Positions 10,296-22,120 of a stretch of 49,325 nucleotides of DNA are shown here, piece by piece. Under the pieces are notes generated by a model. It was not told the origin of the DNA. It made no database searches and saw nothing but the letters and a program-made list of their open reading frames with translations. Source of the stretch: Trichomonas gallinae (taxonomy: Eukaryota); NCBI GenBank assembly GCA_008369845.1, contig MRSU01000049.1:1-49325 (forward strand), written 5' to 3'. A program made the position numbers and the translations under genes. Numbering within the stretch: position 1 is the stretch's first letter; each line of letters begins with the position of its first letter.

Positions 10296-13200
10296 ATGAA
10301 TGAAATCAGGATTGAGCCTTCCTGCATTACATTCCCCAACACGTACATATCAGCGGTCTCCCAGTACACTCTGACGATATATAATGATGGAAACGAGACT
10401 TTAAACCTTCTCTGGAGAAGATATTCTTCGAAAGAAGAAGAAAAAATCGCGTTGGACAAAATAGATCAAACAGATTCGACAGAAAGACAGGAAAAAGTCG
10501 AAGAATTGCAATATATCAGCGAAATTTTTAGAGTTGATTTATCCCCAATCGAGATTTGGCCACATTCTTCAAAGCAAGTCCTAGTTAAATATCAGCCTGA
10601 GCTTGCCCAGCCTTACTGCGAAACAGCCTACTTGTATTCGGAGAAATTCGAAGAGAGAATTCCTGTTCAATTCAATGGACTGGGTTTGCCACCAGATGCG
10701 ATCTTCAATGTCAGTGCAGTGAACATAGGACACGTAGTACTTGACAGCATCCTCGATTACAAGATCGTATTGCAAAACGTTGGCCAAGTTGATGTTGACT
10801 TTAACTATTCTAGCGATGTTCCAAAGACATTCACGTTTAGTCCGTCATCAGGACACATTCCAATTGGTGGATCAATGGAAATTATTGCGACTTTCACTGC
10901 AAATTTCGTCGGATCATTTAATGAAGAGTTTGAGTTCAAAATTAAAGGCGCTATTAAGAATTTTCCACGTGTAAACTTCTATGGAAGAGTTGTGGGACCT
11001 TCCTATACCATCAATACTAAGGCAATCGCGTTCGGAGATGTTTCATTTGGATTCATTCACACAAAAACGTTCGAAATCGAAAATAAATCAGATATTCCGT
11101 TCGATTACACATTCGTGCTCGAGTATAACGGCGAATTCAGCGGCAGAGAGTTCGCAATCACGCCAATTTCAGAGACAATCGGTAAATATGGAAAACAAAC
11201 TGTTAAAATCGAATTCATTCCAACTAAAATCCAAAAATACAACCTGAAGATGCACATGAACATCGCCAGGTTCGGACAAGGCTTGGTTTCGATCCCAATT
11301 TCAGCAAATTGCATTTGTCCGGAAATTTCTTTGTCCCATCCAGTTGTGGACCTCGGAAACGTTTTTATAGGGTACCAGTATACAGGCTCAGTAACACTGG
11401 TCGATAATACCGAGTTTCCAGCGAAATTCGAATACGTTGACATCAACGACGCGTCAAAGCTCCAAGCTGATATAGAAATCGTGAAGCACAACGGCCAAAT
11501 AGACCAACGCTCGAAAACTGATTTTGTTTTTAAATTTACTCCAAGACAACTTGGTCCTTTGAACATTATTCAGTATATCAACATTTTAGGCAGTGTTGAG
11601 AAGCCGCTGACTTTCTGCATCAAAGCTGTAGGTATTGGACCAGCGATTTCTCTAAATCAGCAACAAATTAACTGGGGATCAATTCCCGTGCTTAAAAAGT
11701 CTACACAGAAGCTAATTCTATCGAATAATGGCAAGATTGTCGCTAATTTTAAGGCGATGATCGAATGCGATCAAAATGTCTTCACTTTGGCGACTCCTAA
11801 GGGTATAATACTGCCAAATGAGTCCTTCACAGCTGAAATCAACGCTTATTTAGACGATAATACTGAATTTAAAGGAAAATTAATTTTTGAATTCGAAAAT
11901 TTGTCGCCAATCACTGTTCCTTTGCGTGCTAAGGGTGTTGGAACAGCTGTTAGTGCTGATATTCCTATGGATACAATTGATTTCGGTTATATTTATGCAA
12001 ATCAACAAATAACTAAAACAATAACGTTCACTAACAAAGGAAGAAAGCCGCAAGAGATCAGATTTACATTAACAAAGCCAAGGCTCGACACAGATGACAA
12101 AAATTGCTTCTCTTTCAAAGTGATTCCCGATTCAGAAGTAATAGAGAAGAATGAGAGCGCTGAATTCACAATAGTCATGAACTGCACACGTCCAATAAAC
12201 TTTTCCATGAACATGCAAGTCAATTCATCTCAAGGAAGACAAAGAGAAGAATTATTTTCACCATTAGTTAAAGGAACATTCGTTAAACCAATTGTAAACT
12301 TCTCCTCTCAGATGCTCGAATTCAAACATCTGCATGATATCCAAAAAGAAAAGGAATATTTAGAAAATACAAATCAAAAAACGCCTTCTCCTGCATTATT
12401 GACTGATGAAGAGAAGACATTAGTAATAACAAACAACTCCAAACTTCCTTTGACATTGAATCTTGACTGTCCGGAGCCTTTTTCGTGCTCATTGAATCAT
12501 TTTACTCTTCAGCCGAAAGAATCCAAAGATTGCGTTGTTACTTTTTCAACAGCATTCAAGACAGATTTCTCCTGCGAAACAATAAGCAAGAAATTATCAA
12601 TAACATTAGATAATTTACCACAAAAGTTTAATGTGAACTTAAAAGGCATAATTGTTTTTCCCAATATAGAATTCAATCCATCAGGAACAGTTTTATTTGG
12701 CTCAATGCTCAAAAACACAGAACAAACCAAAGATATTATTCTCAAAAACCCAACAGAGCTTCCAGCAACGTTCGAATGGGAACTGATGCCTGCCTCCAAC
12801 GACCAGAGTGTTGATATGTCCAAGATTTTTGATATCTACCCAATAAGATCAACAATTCCCGCCGGTGGAACAGATACAATGCATTTCTCATTTTTCGCGA
12901 TGAATGATCAAGGCGCAAACATTAACTACGAAGCCAGAGCCATTTGCAAAGTAGAAGGAGGCCCTGAATATTCCATTCCTTTATACGGTGGATCAGCGGA
13001 CATAACTTATACAATAGAACCACTGCAGATGAATTTCGGCAAAAAATCATATTTGACGCCGATTACTTCTTCAATAAATTTCTCGAATACATGCGAAGTT
13101 CCTCTAAAATTCGCTGTGAGAGTTCCCAAAGCGTGCAAATTCAACCAGATATCATTCACTCCGTGCGAAGGCACATTAGATCCACACCAAACAATTCAGC

Positions 13201-16200
13201 TAGGGATTAATATAATTACAGGAATGCCAATTTCTTATAACGAACAATTTTTCATTCAAATCGGTCATTTCGAAGAAGTAAGAATCGACTGTGAAGTGCA
13301 ATGCTTCATTCCTCAATTAAAATTCACTCTACCGAGGAGCTGCGATGATCCAACCATGGCAACAGTCAACACGAAGAAAATCTCTAAAAAGCCGAGCGGG
13401 CAAATTCCGCCGATTCAAGATCTGGCTGTTGTAGAAAACGAATTAGTTTACCAGCAATTGCAAAGCACTCCATTGGTAGGCTCTGTTAGACGCAAACGCA
13501 AAGAAGAGCACAAGAAGGATTATGATGGCTTTATTCTCTCCAAGTATGATATGGATCTCGGCAAAATTGTTTTCGGGCAAAAACGCGAATTCCATTTGAA
13601 AGCGAAAGCAATTTCACCTTTCCCTATAACCTTTTCACTAAACACATCATCATTATCTGGAACAGGATTCACAATTGAAACAACTTCATTCAACAATGTC
13701 CCACCAGATACAGACATTGACATTCCTGTTGTCTTTAACATCCAGAAGAGAACAAACAACTGTTTAGGTGAAGTTGAGTTTCCAATTCCTTTCGTTATGT
13801 CAACAGATTTCGCATTAATCGTTTACATCAAAGCCAATCTCGTCATGCCAACTATCAACTTATCACAGCAACACTTCGACTTCGGAAATGTTGTCGTTGG
13901 ACAAACATTGATTTTAAGTCTGCAGCTGCAAAACATGAATGAAGTTCCATGCGAATATAAATTCGGAGAAGCAGAATATACAAATGTTTTACAGAGAAAC
14001 ATGTCACAAGGTAGTATATCTCCTTACACAGCGAATCCATCAAGCGGCATTTTACCGCCTTCTTCTTTTATAAATGTTGAAATCGCTTTCGCGCCTAAAC
14101 AAGAGAAAAACTTTTCGATGCAATTTCCTATCGAAATCAAACACAACACTAAGCCATTATATGTCACACTCAAAGGCAACGGAATTCAGCTGAAGATTAT
14201 CTTCGATCCTCCATCAATTAAGATGCCGCCAATGATTCCGTTCAGTGAGCCAGCGACTACTACAGTAAAACTGAAAAATCCAACACAGTATCCAATAGAA
14301 GTCATGGCGAACCAATTCGACTTGCAATTGTTGATAGATCAATTAGAAGCTAAACAGATGCAAGAAGAGAAAGAGAAGAGCAAGAAACTCGACGAAAGCA
14401 TCAAAATGACTCCTAGCCAGGAAAACTTTAATCCACTAAATAATGAAGAAATAATGTTCACTAACCAGACAATTTCGAGATTCTCTATTTGCGTCATTGT
14501 AAACGGAATTTCGGGCAGCGGCAGAACAACTGTTTCCAAAGCAATTGCTAGTTATCTCGACGTCCCAGTCTTAAGTCTGAAAGAGCTGTGGGCAAACTTG
14601 GTTGCTAGCGACAACAAGAACGCCACGGACTACATCAACATAATCAAAGACAAAATAAGTCAGCAAGAATTTTACGACGGTTTTGTCGTTGACGGTTTAG
14701 ATGGACTTCCAGAGGCAAGCGAGACAGACTCGTTTTTACAGCATTGCTTGAAACAGAAGAACGCGTGGGAAGAAGTCTTCAACAACCCGCTCCAAGTTTA
14801 TAATCATAATAATCTGACAGCGTCAGAACTTGCTTTAAGTTATTTACTTGGGGCTCTTGAAGGCCACTACGTATTCCAAGTTGCTCTGAAGGCCACAAAC
14901 GAGCAGATGAACGAAAGAAAAGAAAGACAGGCAATAGAGGACGCAAAGAGACAAGAAGAAGAAGCAATAAAAGAGAAAGAAATGTTGTTCCAAATCACAG
15001 AAGAAGATTACGCGAAATTATCGCCTGAAGAACAGGCAGAAGTCGACAAGAAGAGATCTGAGCACAGAAGAAGACTGTTAAGAGGCATTTTGGCAACAAT
15101 CAAAGACCAAGAAGGCGAAGGTGGCGAAGGAAAGAAGAAATCGAAGCACAAACACCGCTCGAAGAAAGAAGACGGCGAAAAATCTGACGCAAAAGATTCG
15201 TCAAGATCTAGATCATCAAAGCATCACAGATCGAAGAAAGAGAAGGAAGATAAAGAAGAGCCACCGCCACCACCTCCTGTAGCCGAAGAGAAGCCAAAAG
15301 AAACAAAGAGAAAGAAAGGTTTGCAGCTGGATCCACTAGATTATTCGATTGCAAACTTTATGTTCACTTTGGGCTCAATTTCAGCGAAAATCAGAGACAC
15401 ACCAAATATAACAGTTATAGATCCTTTAGCTGTAATAGGAATGGAGTCGAAAGACATTTTGCCCAAAGTTGTTGAAGAAATTCCTCAACCACAGACAACT
15501 TCACAAGAAACATTAACAAAAGACAAAACACAATCGAGGGAATTGTTAAAACAAGAGGAAGAAGAAAAGAAAGAAGAACAAGAAGAGGAAGAAAAGAAGG
15601 AAGAAGAAATCATTTTCGCTCCACATATTACACAAGTCAACACAATTGTTATCGACATCAACAACGACAATCCAGAGAACATCAACGAAGAAGCAAGAAG
15701 ATTCATTCCACAACCAAATGGACTCAAGAACAGAATTTTCGCTTCTCAAATTCCAGAGCAGAGACTTATCATGCCTGACCAGCAGAACTACAAGCGCGCA
15801 ACATTATTCCAGATGCCAGAGCACGTTTTCATTCAGCTGGAGCAAACAGACAACGAGAAAATGATACAATGGTTGGATTCAAGGCCATCAACAGTTGCTT
15901 CAAATACAGGAGGAAGAAAGAGCAGAGCGAACAAGAACAAACGCGAACCAAGTGTAATAGACGATCTAGATACATCCAAAAACACTCCAAGATGGATAAT
16001 TGGACCAAATGCTGAGAAAGAATTGACTTTAATCTTCGAGCCAATGTTTGTCGGAACTTACAACGATAACATTATTTTCTCTTTGACAAACGGCATGGCA
16101 GACAACTTTAAATTACATATTTCAGGAGAATGCTACAACCCAGAGTTCGACAGGAATCCGAAGACGATGTTTTCCAAAGTCATGCAGAGATTGGACAAAG

Positions 16201-19200
16201 GAACTGATGGTACTTTCTTGCTGGAAACAAGCGAATACAATTTCGGTCCACTTCTTGTGTCTAAAGGTGATAAAGGAAATTCAAAATCTAATCCAAACGC
16301 TCCTTCTCCTTACAGAGGCATCGCAAACATCGTGAATACTTCTCAGTTCCCAATAGAATTCACTGCTTTTGTCACAGATTTAGTCGGACATAATGGATTT
16401 AGTCTCGAAAATAATAATTTCATTGTCGAAAAAGGACAAACATATCAGTTCCCGTTCAAATTCAATGCCGCGAATGCTGAAGTCTTCAAGTCACAAATCA
16501 AACTGTTCGCGCAAGACAATCCTGAGCCATTTGCTTTCAACGTATCAGCAGAAGGCTGCCTTCCTTGCATCGAGCCATCAACGACAAACTTAGACTTCGA
16601 GAAATTATTGTTGAATCAAACGAGGACTCTCAAAGTCGAATTAAAGAACACAGGTCTTATTCCTGCCGCTTGGTCTTTCAAGAACATTCAGTCATTAGAC
16701 AAGAACTTCACATTAAATGCTACGGAAGGAATAATTAACCCAAAGTCAACATTCGTTATGACAGCAATGTTCACATCAACAAAGGCCACTGTTATCAAGA
16801 AATCATTGATTTTGGAGGTTTCTAACAAAGAGAAAACAAAAGCATTCTCTTCTTATAATATTAATTTCCAGGCAGAAGCTTTTGAAATTAACGTGGACTT
16901 CCAGTTCCCTAAGGGCATGGATTGCTTAGATTTCGGCGCTTTGAAGGTTTCTCAGCCAAAGACATTGAGCTGCCAATTAACGAACAAAGGCAAATACCAA
17001 GGAAACTTCAAAGTCCAGTTCACTAATCCTAAGATACAGCCACACTTCCAGATCACGCCAATGGAAGGCCCAATTCCTCCAGGAAAGACACCATCGAATA
17101 TTTCGTTCACTTTCATGTGCAGCAAAGTCCAGAAATTCGCGAACATGAAAGGAATCCAAATTTTGCTGAGCGATGCCACAACAGGCTCCAAGACAGACAC
17201 GCTGCCTATTTCATTCAACGCAGCAACAATGTACAGCCAGTTCAAGATCGAGCCACAGAAGAAAATCGATTTTGGTCCTGTTACTGTTTTGAACACAGAG
17301 ACAAAGCAAATTACACTGACGAATACTGGCGTTTTCCCATTCGATTTCGATATAACTCCTAAAGCAGAGAAACCACCTGAAAACGAAACAGAGAAATCAT
17401 CATCTAAAATGGGTAAAAACGCAAAGGCAGCGAAAGCTCCTCCACCTAAGAACAAAGGAAAGAAGCCGAACGAAAAAGCTTTATCCTTTGGCCAATTTTC
17501 TGTTTCTCCATCAAATGGATCTGTTGCTCCAGGTGCTTCTGTAACCATCGAAGTAGAGTTCAGTCCGCAGATTCCTGGCAATTTCACATCTGTCGCCGTT
17601 TTCAATATAACTGACGCTCCACAAAACGCTGGAAAAGTCAACTTCACTTTAACTGGCTCCAGTCACATTCCTGGCATCGAGTGCTCGCATTTCGAGAAAA
17701 TTCTTCCTGGCCTTGCTCTTGCTTTGTCATTCGACAGACCTAAAATCACAAGCACGACATTTATAGAAGACGAACAAACTTTGGTTTTCAATCCAATCGT
17801 TGTCGGAATGAAATCAAAAGTCACTGCAAAAATCATCAACACTCAGCCAATTCCTTGCACAGTTGATTTAGGCGTTAAACCAAAAGCTAAAGTATCTGGC
17901 CAGTTCCCATTCGACATCAGCGAAAAATGCATTAATCTCAGTGGAAACTCTGAGGCTTCATTCGAAATAACTTTCTCTCCGAATGGAGTAGATAAGTTTT
18001 TGGGATTATTTGAGGCAGCTGTCAAGAATGGAACAGATCCAGCAACCAAAGCTCTGAAGTTCTCAGTAGAAGGCGTAGGCTCATTGCCACAAATTTCTCC
18101 TGTCGGACTCGAAAAAACAGGAAAGAATTCAAGCCTTTACACACTAAATATGGGCAAAACACTTGTTGGATTTTCTCGACAAAAGTCGATTGTCGTCAAA
18201 AACGATGGCGTCATCACAACCAAGCTCCAGATTTCTGCCAAGCCATCACCAGACTTCGAGTTGGTTGGCATTGACGCTGGAACTACTTATTCCATTGATC
18301 CAAACAGAATCATTGATCTTCCTATTTTATTCTCTCCATCTAAGACGAGAAAATGCCAGTTCGAAGTCACTGTTAACTTGGTTGACAATCCTAAAGGCTC
18401 TTTGAACTTCGTCGTCAACGCTGAAGGCTTCAGCGAAGACATAGTTTTGGAAGGAGTTAGAGGCGAAGACGAACTGGTTATGCCTGACACTGTCGTTGGC
18501 AGACAGAACTCAATTGTTTTCACAATGAAGAATGTTTCGCCGGCGGACATACGATTCCAGTGGCAGTCTCATCCTGATTTCACATTTGCTCCTTCTGTTG
18601 GTCATCTAAGACTCGGCAAATCCAAGGATATAACGATTTCTTACTTCTCAGATAAACCAGTCAAACATGTTGGCACTAAAATCAATTGCACGTGGAACAG
18701 AATCACGATGACAAACGCAAACTCTCCTGACTGGGATGATACAATGAAAGTCGTCAAATACATCACTAAAGCACAACTCGAAGCAATGAATCCTCCTCAG
18801 GAAGAAGAGCCTCCTAAAGATGCGAAACTCAAGAACTCGAAGCGTCAATCCAATTCAAGAGGATCAGTCAGAAACTCACACGTTGACATCAAAGCTGCAA
18901 CAGCTCCTAAAGAGCCACCGAAAGAATCAAAACTCATTGATGATGGTGACACTTTCGTAAGAGTTGTCGAAGTTAAACCAGAGCCAGAACACACAATACA
19001 AACAAATATCAAGACTAATTCGATGGCTGTCAGAGTCTTCGCTATTTCAGACTCAATCAAATACACAATAGACACAACTGAAGTCAACTTCAGCCCAACA
19101 ATGATGTTCGAGACGAGATCATCGGAAGTCAAGATTACAAATCCAACAACAATCAGATTCGATTACTCATGGAGAATCGCTGAGTTTAAGTCTTTGAGAA

Positions 19201-19784
19201 GCGAATATGTTTCATCTCATGGATATCCACTCAAAGTTACTCCACACACTGGCTTCATTGAGCCAGGAGGATCTACTGTTTTCTCGATCACTTTCGCTCC
19301 AATGGAAGTCGACGATTTCACTGCGAACTTAGTTTGCGACATTCCATTCATACAGACTCCACCACCATCAGTGAGAGTCACTGGTTTGTCAAGGAGGCCT
19401 CTCTGCCACTTCAATGTACAGCTTTCAGATTATCTCACAAGAAGACATCCTGACTATACATACAAACTTCCTAATGATGTAAAAGTCATTGAAATATTTG
19501 CAAAGAAAGTTGGCGCTAAAGCTATGTACAGATTCGAAGTAATCAACCCAACTTCATCACCATACGAAGTTACTTTCTCAAGAGTTGACAACGGAGAACC
19601 TCTCTCATCCAAAGTCAACTGCGAAACACCGAACGCATTATTATCGAGTGGAAAGCGATTTTCAGCTGCTTTCTCATTCGTCCCAGATTCCCACAAGACG
19701 ATCGAGAGTCTCTGGGAATTCAAGATAGGCGGACATGATGGCGTCGTTACAATTCTAGTCGTCGGGCGCATCATGCCACAATAA
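10296..19784 (+). CDS. HYDIN: Hydin-like axonemal central-pair protein (tandem ASH/PapD-like Ig domains plus adenylate-kinase-like insert)
   Basis: Many repeats of the type '(F/L)DFG.V......L.N.G..P..F....P..G.I.P'. Central IVNGISGSGRTT P-loop-like segment, K/E-rich coiled coil, and Hydin-like C-terminal RPLCHF...SDY...INPT...LWEF. First ATG is 10296 (the ORF track starts at TTG 10242); initiator TCACT at 10265. Confidence 0.82.
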   Translation: MNEIRIEPSCITFPNTYISAVSQYTLTIYNDGNETLNLLWRRYSSKEEEKIALDKIDQTDSTERQEKVEELQYISEIFRVDLSPIEIWPHSSKQVLVKYQPELAQPYCETAYLYSEKFEERIPVQFNGLGLPPDAIFNVSAVNIGHVVLDSILDYKIVLQNVGQVDVDFNYSSDVPKTFTFSPSSGHIPIGGSMEIIATFTANFVGSFNEEFEFKIKGAIKNFPRVNFYGRVVGPSYTINTKAIAFGDVSFGFIHTKTFEIENKSDIPFDYTFVLEYNGEFSGREFAITPISETIGKYGKQTVKIEFIPTKIQKYNLKMHMNIARFGQGLVSIPISANCICPEISLSHPVVDLGNVFIGYQYTGSVTLVDNTEFPAKFEYVDINDASKLQADIEIVKHNGQIDQRSKTDFVFKFTPRQLGPLNIIQYINILGSVEKPLTFCIKAVGIGPAISLNQQQINWGSIPVLKKSTQKLILSNNGKIVANFKAMIECDQNVFTLATPKGIILPNESFTAEINAYLDDNTEFKGKLIFEFENLSPITVPLRAKGVGTAVSADIPMDTIDFGYIYANQQITKTITFTNKGRKPQEIRFTLTKPRLDTDDKNCFSFKVIPDSEVIEKNESAEFTIVMNCTRPINFSMNMQVNSSQGRQREELFSPLVKGTFVKPIVNFSSQMLEFKHLHDIQKEKEYLENTNQKTPSPALLTDEEKTLVITNNSKLPLTLNLDCPEPFSCSLNHFTLQPKESKDCVVTFSTAFKTDFSCETISKKLSITLDNLPQKFNVNLKGIIVFPNIEFNPSGTVLFGSMLKNTEQTKDIILKNPTELPATFEWELMPASNDQSVDMSKIFDIYPIRSTIPAGGTDTMHFSFFAMNDQGANINYEARAICKVEGGPEYSIPLYGGSADITYTIEPLQMNFGKKSYLTPITSSINFSNTCEVPLKFAVRVPKACKFNQISFTPCEGTLDPHQTIQLGINIITGMPISYNEQFFIQIGHFEEVRIDCEVQCFIPQLKFTLPRSCDDPTMATVNTKKISKKPSGQIPPIQDLAVVENELVYQQLQSTPLVGSVRRKRKEEHKKDYDGFILSKYDMDLGKIVFGQKREFHLKAKAISPFPITFSLNTSSLSGTGFTIETTSFNNVPPDTDIDIPVVFNIQKRTNNCLGEVEFPIPFVMSTDFALIVYIKANLVMPTINLSQQHFDFGNVVVGQTLILSLQLQNMNEVPCEYKFGEAEYTNVLQRNMSQGSISPYTANPSSGILPPSSFINVEIAFAPKQEKNFSMQFPIEIKHNTKPLYVTLKGNGIQLKIIFDPPSIKMPPMIPFSEPATTTVKLKNPTQYPIEVMANQFDLQLLIDQLEAKQMQEEKEKSKKLDESIKMTPSQENFNPLNNEEIMFTNQTISRFSICVIVNGISGSGRTTVSKAIASYLDVPVLSLKELWANLVASDNKNATDYINIIKDKISQQEFYDGFVVDGLDGLPEASETDSFLQHCLKQKNAWEEVFNNPLQVYNHNNLTASELALSYLLGALEGHYVFQVALKATNEQMNERKERQAIEDAKRQEEEAIKEKEMLFQITEEDYAKLSPEEQAEVDKKRSEHRRRLLRGILATIKDQEGEGGEGKKKSKHKHRSKKEDGEKSDAKDSSRSRSSKHHRSKKEKEDKEEPPPPPPVAEEKPKETKRKKGLQLDPLDYSIANFMFTLGSISAKIRDTPNITVIDPLAVIGMESKDILPKVVEEIPQPQTTSQETLTKDKTQSRELLKQEEEEKKEEQEEEEKKEEEIIFAPHITQVNTIVIDINNDNPENINEEARRFIPQPNGLKNRIFASQIPEQRLIMPDQQNYKRATLFQMPEHVFIQLEQTDNEKMIQWLDSRPSTVASNTGGRKSRANKNKREPSVIDDLDTSKNTPRWIIGPNAEKELTLIFEPMFVGTYNDNIIFSLTNGMADNFKLHISGECYNPEFDRNPKTMFSKVMQRLDKGTDGTFLLETSEYNFGPLLVSKGDKGNSKSNPNAPSPYRGIANIVNTSQFPIEFTAFVTDLVGHNGFSLENNNFIVEKGQTYQFPFKFNAANAEVFKSQIKLFAQDNPEPFAFNVSAEGCLPCIEPSTTNLDFEKLLLNQTRTLKVELKNTGLIPAAWSFKNIQSLDKNFTLNATEGIINPKSTFVMTAMFTSTKATVIKKSLILEVSNKEKTKAFSSYNINFQAEAFEINVDFQFPKGMDCLDFGALKVSQPKTLSCQLTNKGKYQGNFKVQFTNPKIQPHFQITPMEGPIPPGKTPSNISFTFMCSKVQKFANMKGIQILLSDATTGSKTDTLPISFNAATMYSQFKIEPQKKIDFGPVTVLNTETKQITLTNTGVFPFDFDITPKAEKPPENETEKSSSKMGKNAKAAKAPPPKNKGKKPNEKALSFGQFSVSPSNGSVAPGASVTIEVEFSPQIPGNFTSVAVFNITDAPQNAGKVNFTLTGSSHIPGIECSHFEKILPGLALALSFDRPKITSTTFIEDEQTLVFNPIVVGMKSKVTAKIINTQPIPCTVDLGVKPKAKVSGQFPFDISEKCINLSGNSEASFEITFSPNGVDKFLGLFEAAVKNGTDPATKALKFSVEGVGSLPQISPVGLEKTGKNSSLYTLNMGKTLVGFSRQKSIVVKNDGVITTKLQISAKPSPDFELVGIDAGTTYSIDPNRIIDLPILFSPSKTRKCQFEVTVNLVDNPKGSLNFVVNAEGFSEDIVLEGVRGEDELVMPDTVVGRQNSIVFTMKNVSPADIRFQWQSHPDFTFAPSVGHLRLGKSKDITISYFSDKPVKHVGTKINCTWNRITMTNANSPDWDDTMKVVKYITKAQLEAMNPPQEEEPPKDAKLKNSKRQSNSRGSVRNSHVDIKAATAPKEPPKESKLIDDGDTFVRVVEVKPEPEHTIQTNIKTNSMAVRVFAISDSIKYTIDTTEVNFSPTMMFETRSSEVKITNPTTIRFDYSWRIAEFKSLRSEYVSSHGYPLKVTPHTGFIEPGGSTVFSITFAPMEVDDFTANLVCDIPFIQTPPPSVRVTGLSRRPLCHFNVQLSDYLTRRHPDYTYKLPNDVKVIEIFAKKVGAKAMYRFEVINPTSSPYEVTFSRVDNGEPLSSKVNCETPNALLSSGKRFSAAFSFVPDSHKTIESLWEFKIGGHDGVVTILVVGRIMPQ

Positions 19785-20398
19785 TTTATTTATATTTTTT
19801 TGTTTATAAATCATTAATTTTCAAATTATCATGATAATATGTTTAGCTATATCGTTTTCAAATGTAAACAAGAGAATATTCAAGTCATGCATCTAATGTT
19901 TCAATGAATAAAACAATAGATGGAAATTATCGAAAAAAAAAGTTCATTTTGGATTCTTTTTCTAGCGTCAATTTTAAAACTGACGATGCACATCATTTAT
20001 TTATCATCACCAGCTTAAATTAAAATGATATATTTATATGATTTCGAATAAGTTGATAGCTGTCAAAAATTAAGATTCAATAAAACACAAAATTGATTAA
20101 AAAAAATCATGGATATAATATAAATAAGAATGGAATATGGTGTTCTCCTAATTAAATATGGATTATCTATGAGTATTTTACGAAATTTGGTTAAAATTTA
20201 AAAATAATATCATTTTTGAAGCTTGTTCACAGTGGAAATAGTTTTTAGTAGATGTCAATAGAAAAATATCAATAAACCATATGGTGTTGTGCCTTACAAA
20301 ATTTCAAGATCATTTATGAATAAGTTTCAAAAAATGAGTAGATTAAATAACAACAAGTAGATACAGACAATTTATATAAAACAAGACAAATACTACAT

Positions 20399-20917
20399 CT
20401 AATACATAGAATCGTTGGATGAGGGATTTCTGTTTCTAAGTACCGAATACCAACGATTCTTGACGGCGCACGATGTGCGTCCGGGGAGTTTAGTAGCAAT
20501 AAGAGTCCAATGGTTTCCATGTTTCAGTCTTTCAGTAATAATCAATTCGTCTTCCCACTTTTCGAAGCGTGTCTTCTTAACTTCTGGGTGTAATCTGTAG
20601 AGCCAGCGCTCCTTGCATTGAATTGCTGTCCTTCCTGGGACTTGCTCAGCAACAACATCCCATAAAATAGGAGATTGTGATTGAACAGCTTTCTTTAACA
20701 ATGCATCTTCTTCCTGTGACCAAGATCCTTTTATGTATACTTTATGTGGATGTGTTTCCTCTGTCTTTGGCGCCATTTCATCGTCCGAAGTCTGAACAGG
20801 AGATGGACATTGTAAGAACAATTCCGGAATTGGCTGATATATTGGGAAAGGTAATGTGTGAATACTCGGTAATGTTAAGTGCTTCATGCTAAGAGGTGGG
20901 TGTACACAAATAGCCAT
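20399..20917 (-). CDS. R2R3 Myb-like DNA-binding protein
   Basis: KGSWSQEEDALL...WDVVAEQVPGRTAIQCKERWLYRLHP and FEKWEDELI...GNHWTLIATKLPGRTSCAVKNRWYS. Pro-rich N-terminus. Initiator TCATT at 20933-20937. Confidence 0.94.
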   Translation of the reverse strand: MAICVHPPLSMKHLTLPSIHTLPFPIYQPIPELFLQCPSPVQTSDDEMAPKTEETHPHKVYIKGSWSQEEDALLKKAVQSQSPILWDVVAEQVPGRTAIQCKERWLYRLHPEVKKTRFEKWEDELIITERLKHGNHWTLIATKLPGRTSCAVKNRWYSVLRNRNPSSNDSMY

Positions 20918-21632
20918 CTTTTCTTTTAAAAAAATGATTTACAAAAAATAAAAAACAATTTGAATCAATTTTGCGGTTTGACGATAAAAATTCTATCAAA
21001 TTGAATTTTTTTTTCCTCACACAAATGATTTAAAAAATATATATTAAAATATTCTATATATTGTTCTCATTTTAAAAATAACATAATGATTTACAGCGTT
21101 AAATATTTTTTTTTTATTTTTTGTTTTTATCGGCAGTTTCTCTCAATTGGTATGTTTTTGTTATGTAATAAGAATGCCCTATTTTTATACTTCGAAATGG
21201 ACCTAAAATTGGATTTGTAGCTCGACCCCAAAGAAAATGAATAAATTCTGGGACTTCCACGAAAAATCATTATTGCATTTTTGCGATCAGTGTTTTGTGC
21301 AAAACCATAATATCCTAAAATCAGATTTCTAACATCAATTTTTCAAATTGTTGGGAAATAAATATCATTCGATGTTAGAAATATCGTTATATCTAAAATG
21401 TATACATTATTAGGTTTATGAATTTCACATTTTTGGCATATATTACACCTTGCAATAAAATTTTGCAAAATCAAATTTTGTTTAATTGGATCATATTTTT
21501 ATGTAATTACTTGTATAATCTATAATATGACCTAACAGCCGTAGAAACTTTGGTGTTACGCTTGGAACATTATCAAACAAAAAAAAATTCAAACATGATT
21601 GATGTATTATAAGATGATTAAATAAAAATGCA

Positions 21633-22120
21633 TTGATAGCGCATTCCCATGATACCTATAATCAAATAAAAAATTGAATATGAAGAAATTTGGTTATATC
21701 AATCAGAATTCTTTCTTGATTCAAGCTGATGATAAAGTATGCTCATTAGGTCAAACAATTGAATAGTATTACAATATTCAAATGGTCTAAATTTTATCCT
21801 TTGTGAGAATTCACAAAGATTACTTATCAACTATTCAAAAGTTTCGAGTTGATTGTTGTTCTTTGTCATGTATATCATATGTTATTGCCGATGAAATGGT
21901 TGGAAACACTTTGAATAGTTGGCTTTGAATTTTGTTTTTCTGATGGCATCGTCAATTTTGATATACATGCTGTATATGGATTCATAATTTGATTTCATTC
22001 ATGAATATATCAAAATTGTATTCAAAATTGCAGAATCTAAGTTTTATGGTGATAAACACGGAAAATAATTGATCGTATGAGTACCATTTGAATGTGAAGT
22101 AAAATATATCTTAATATAGG
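21633..22120 (+). pseudogene. Decayed coding remnant, possibly containing a ubiquitin-like domain
   Basis: Joining frames across stops and frameshifts gives LIAHSHDTYNQIKN*I/MKKFGYINQNSFLIQADDKVCSLGQTIE*YYNIQ, which resembles the ubiquitin fold (EPSDTIENVKAKIQDKEG...GRTLSDYNIQ). More protein-like fragments follow. Confidence 0.3.

Noticed and set aside
16952..17647. 231-aa antisense ORF and other antisense ORFs inside Hydin, BEACH and MLH1
   Set aside because: Antisense shadows of long CDSs with no independent features.
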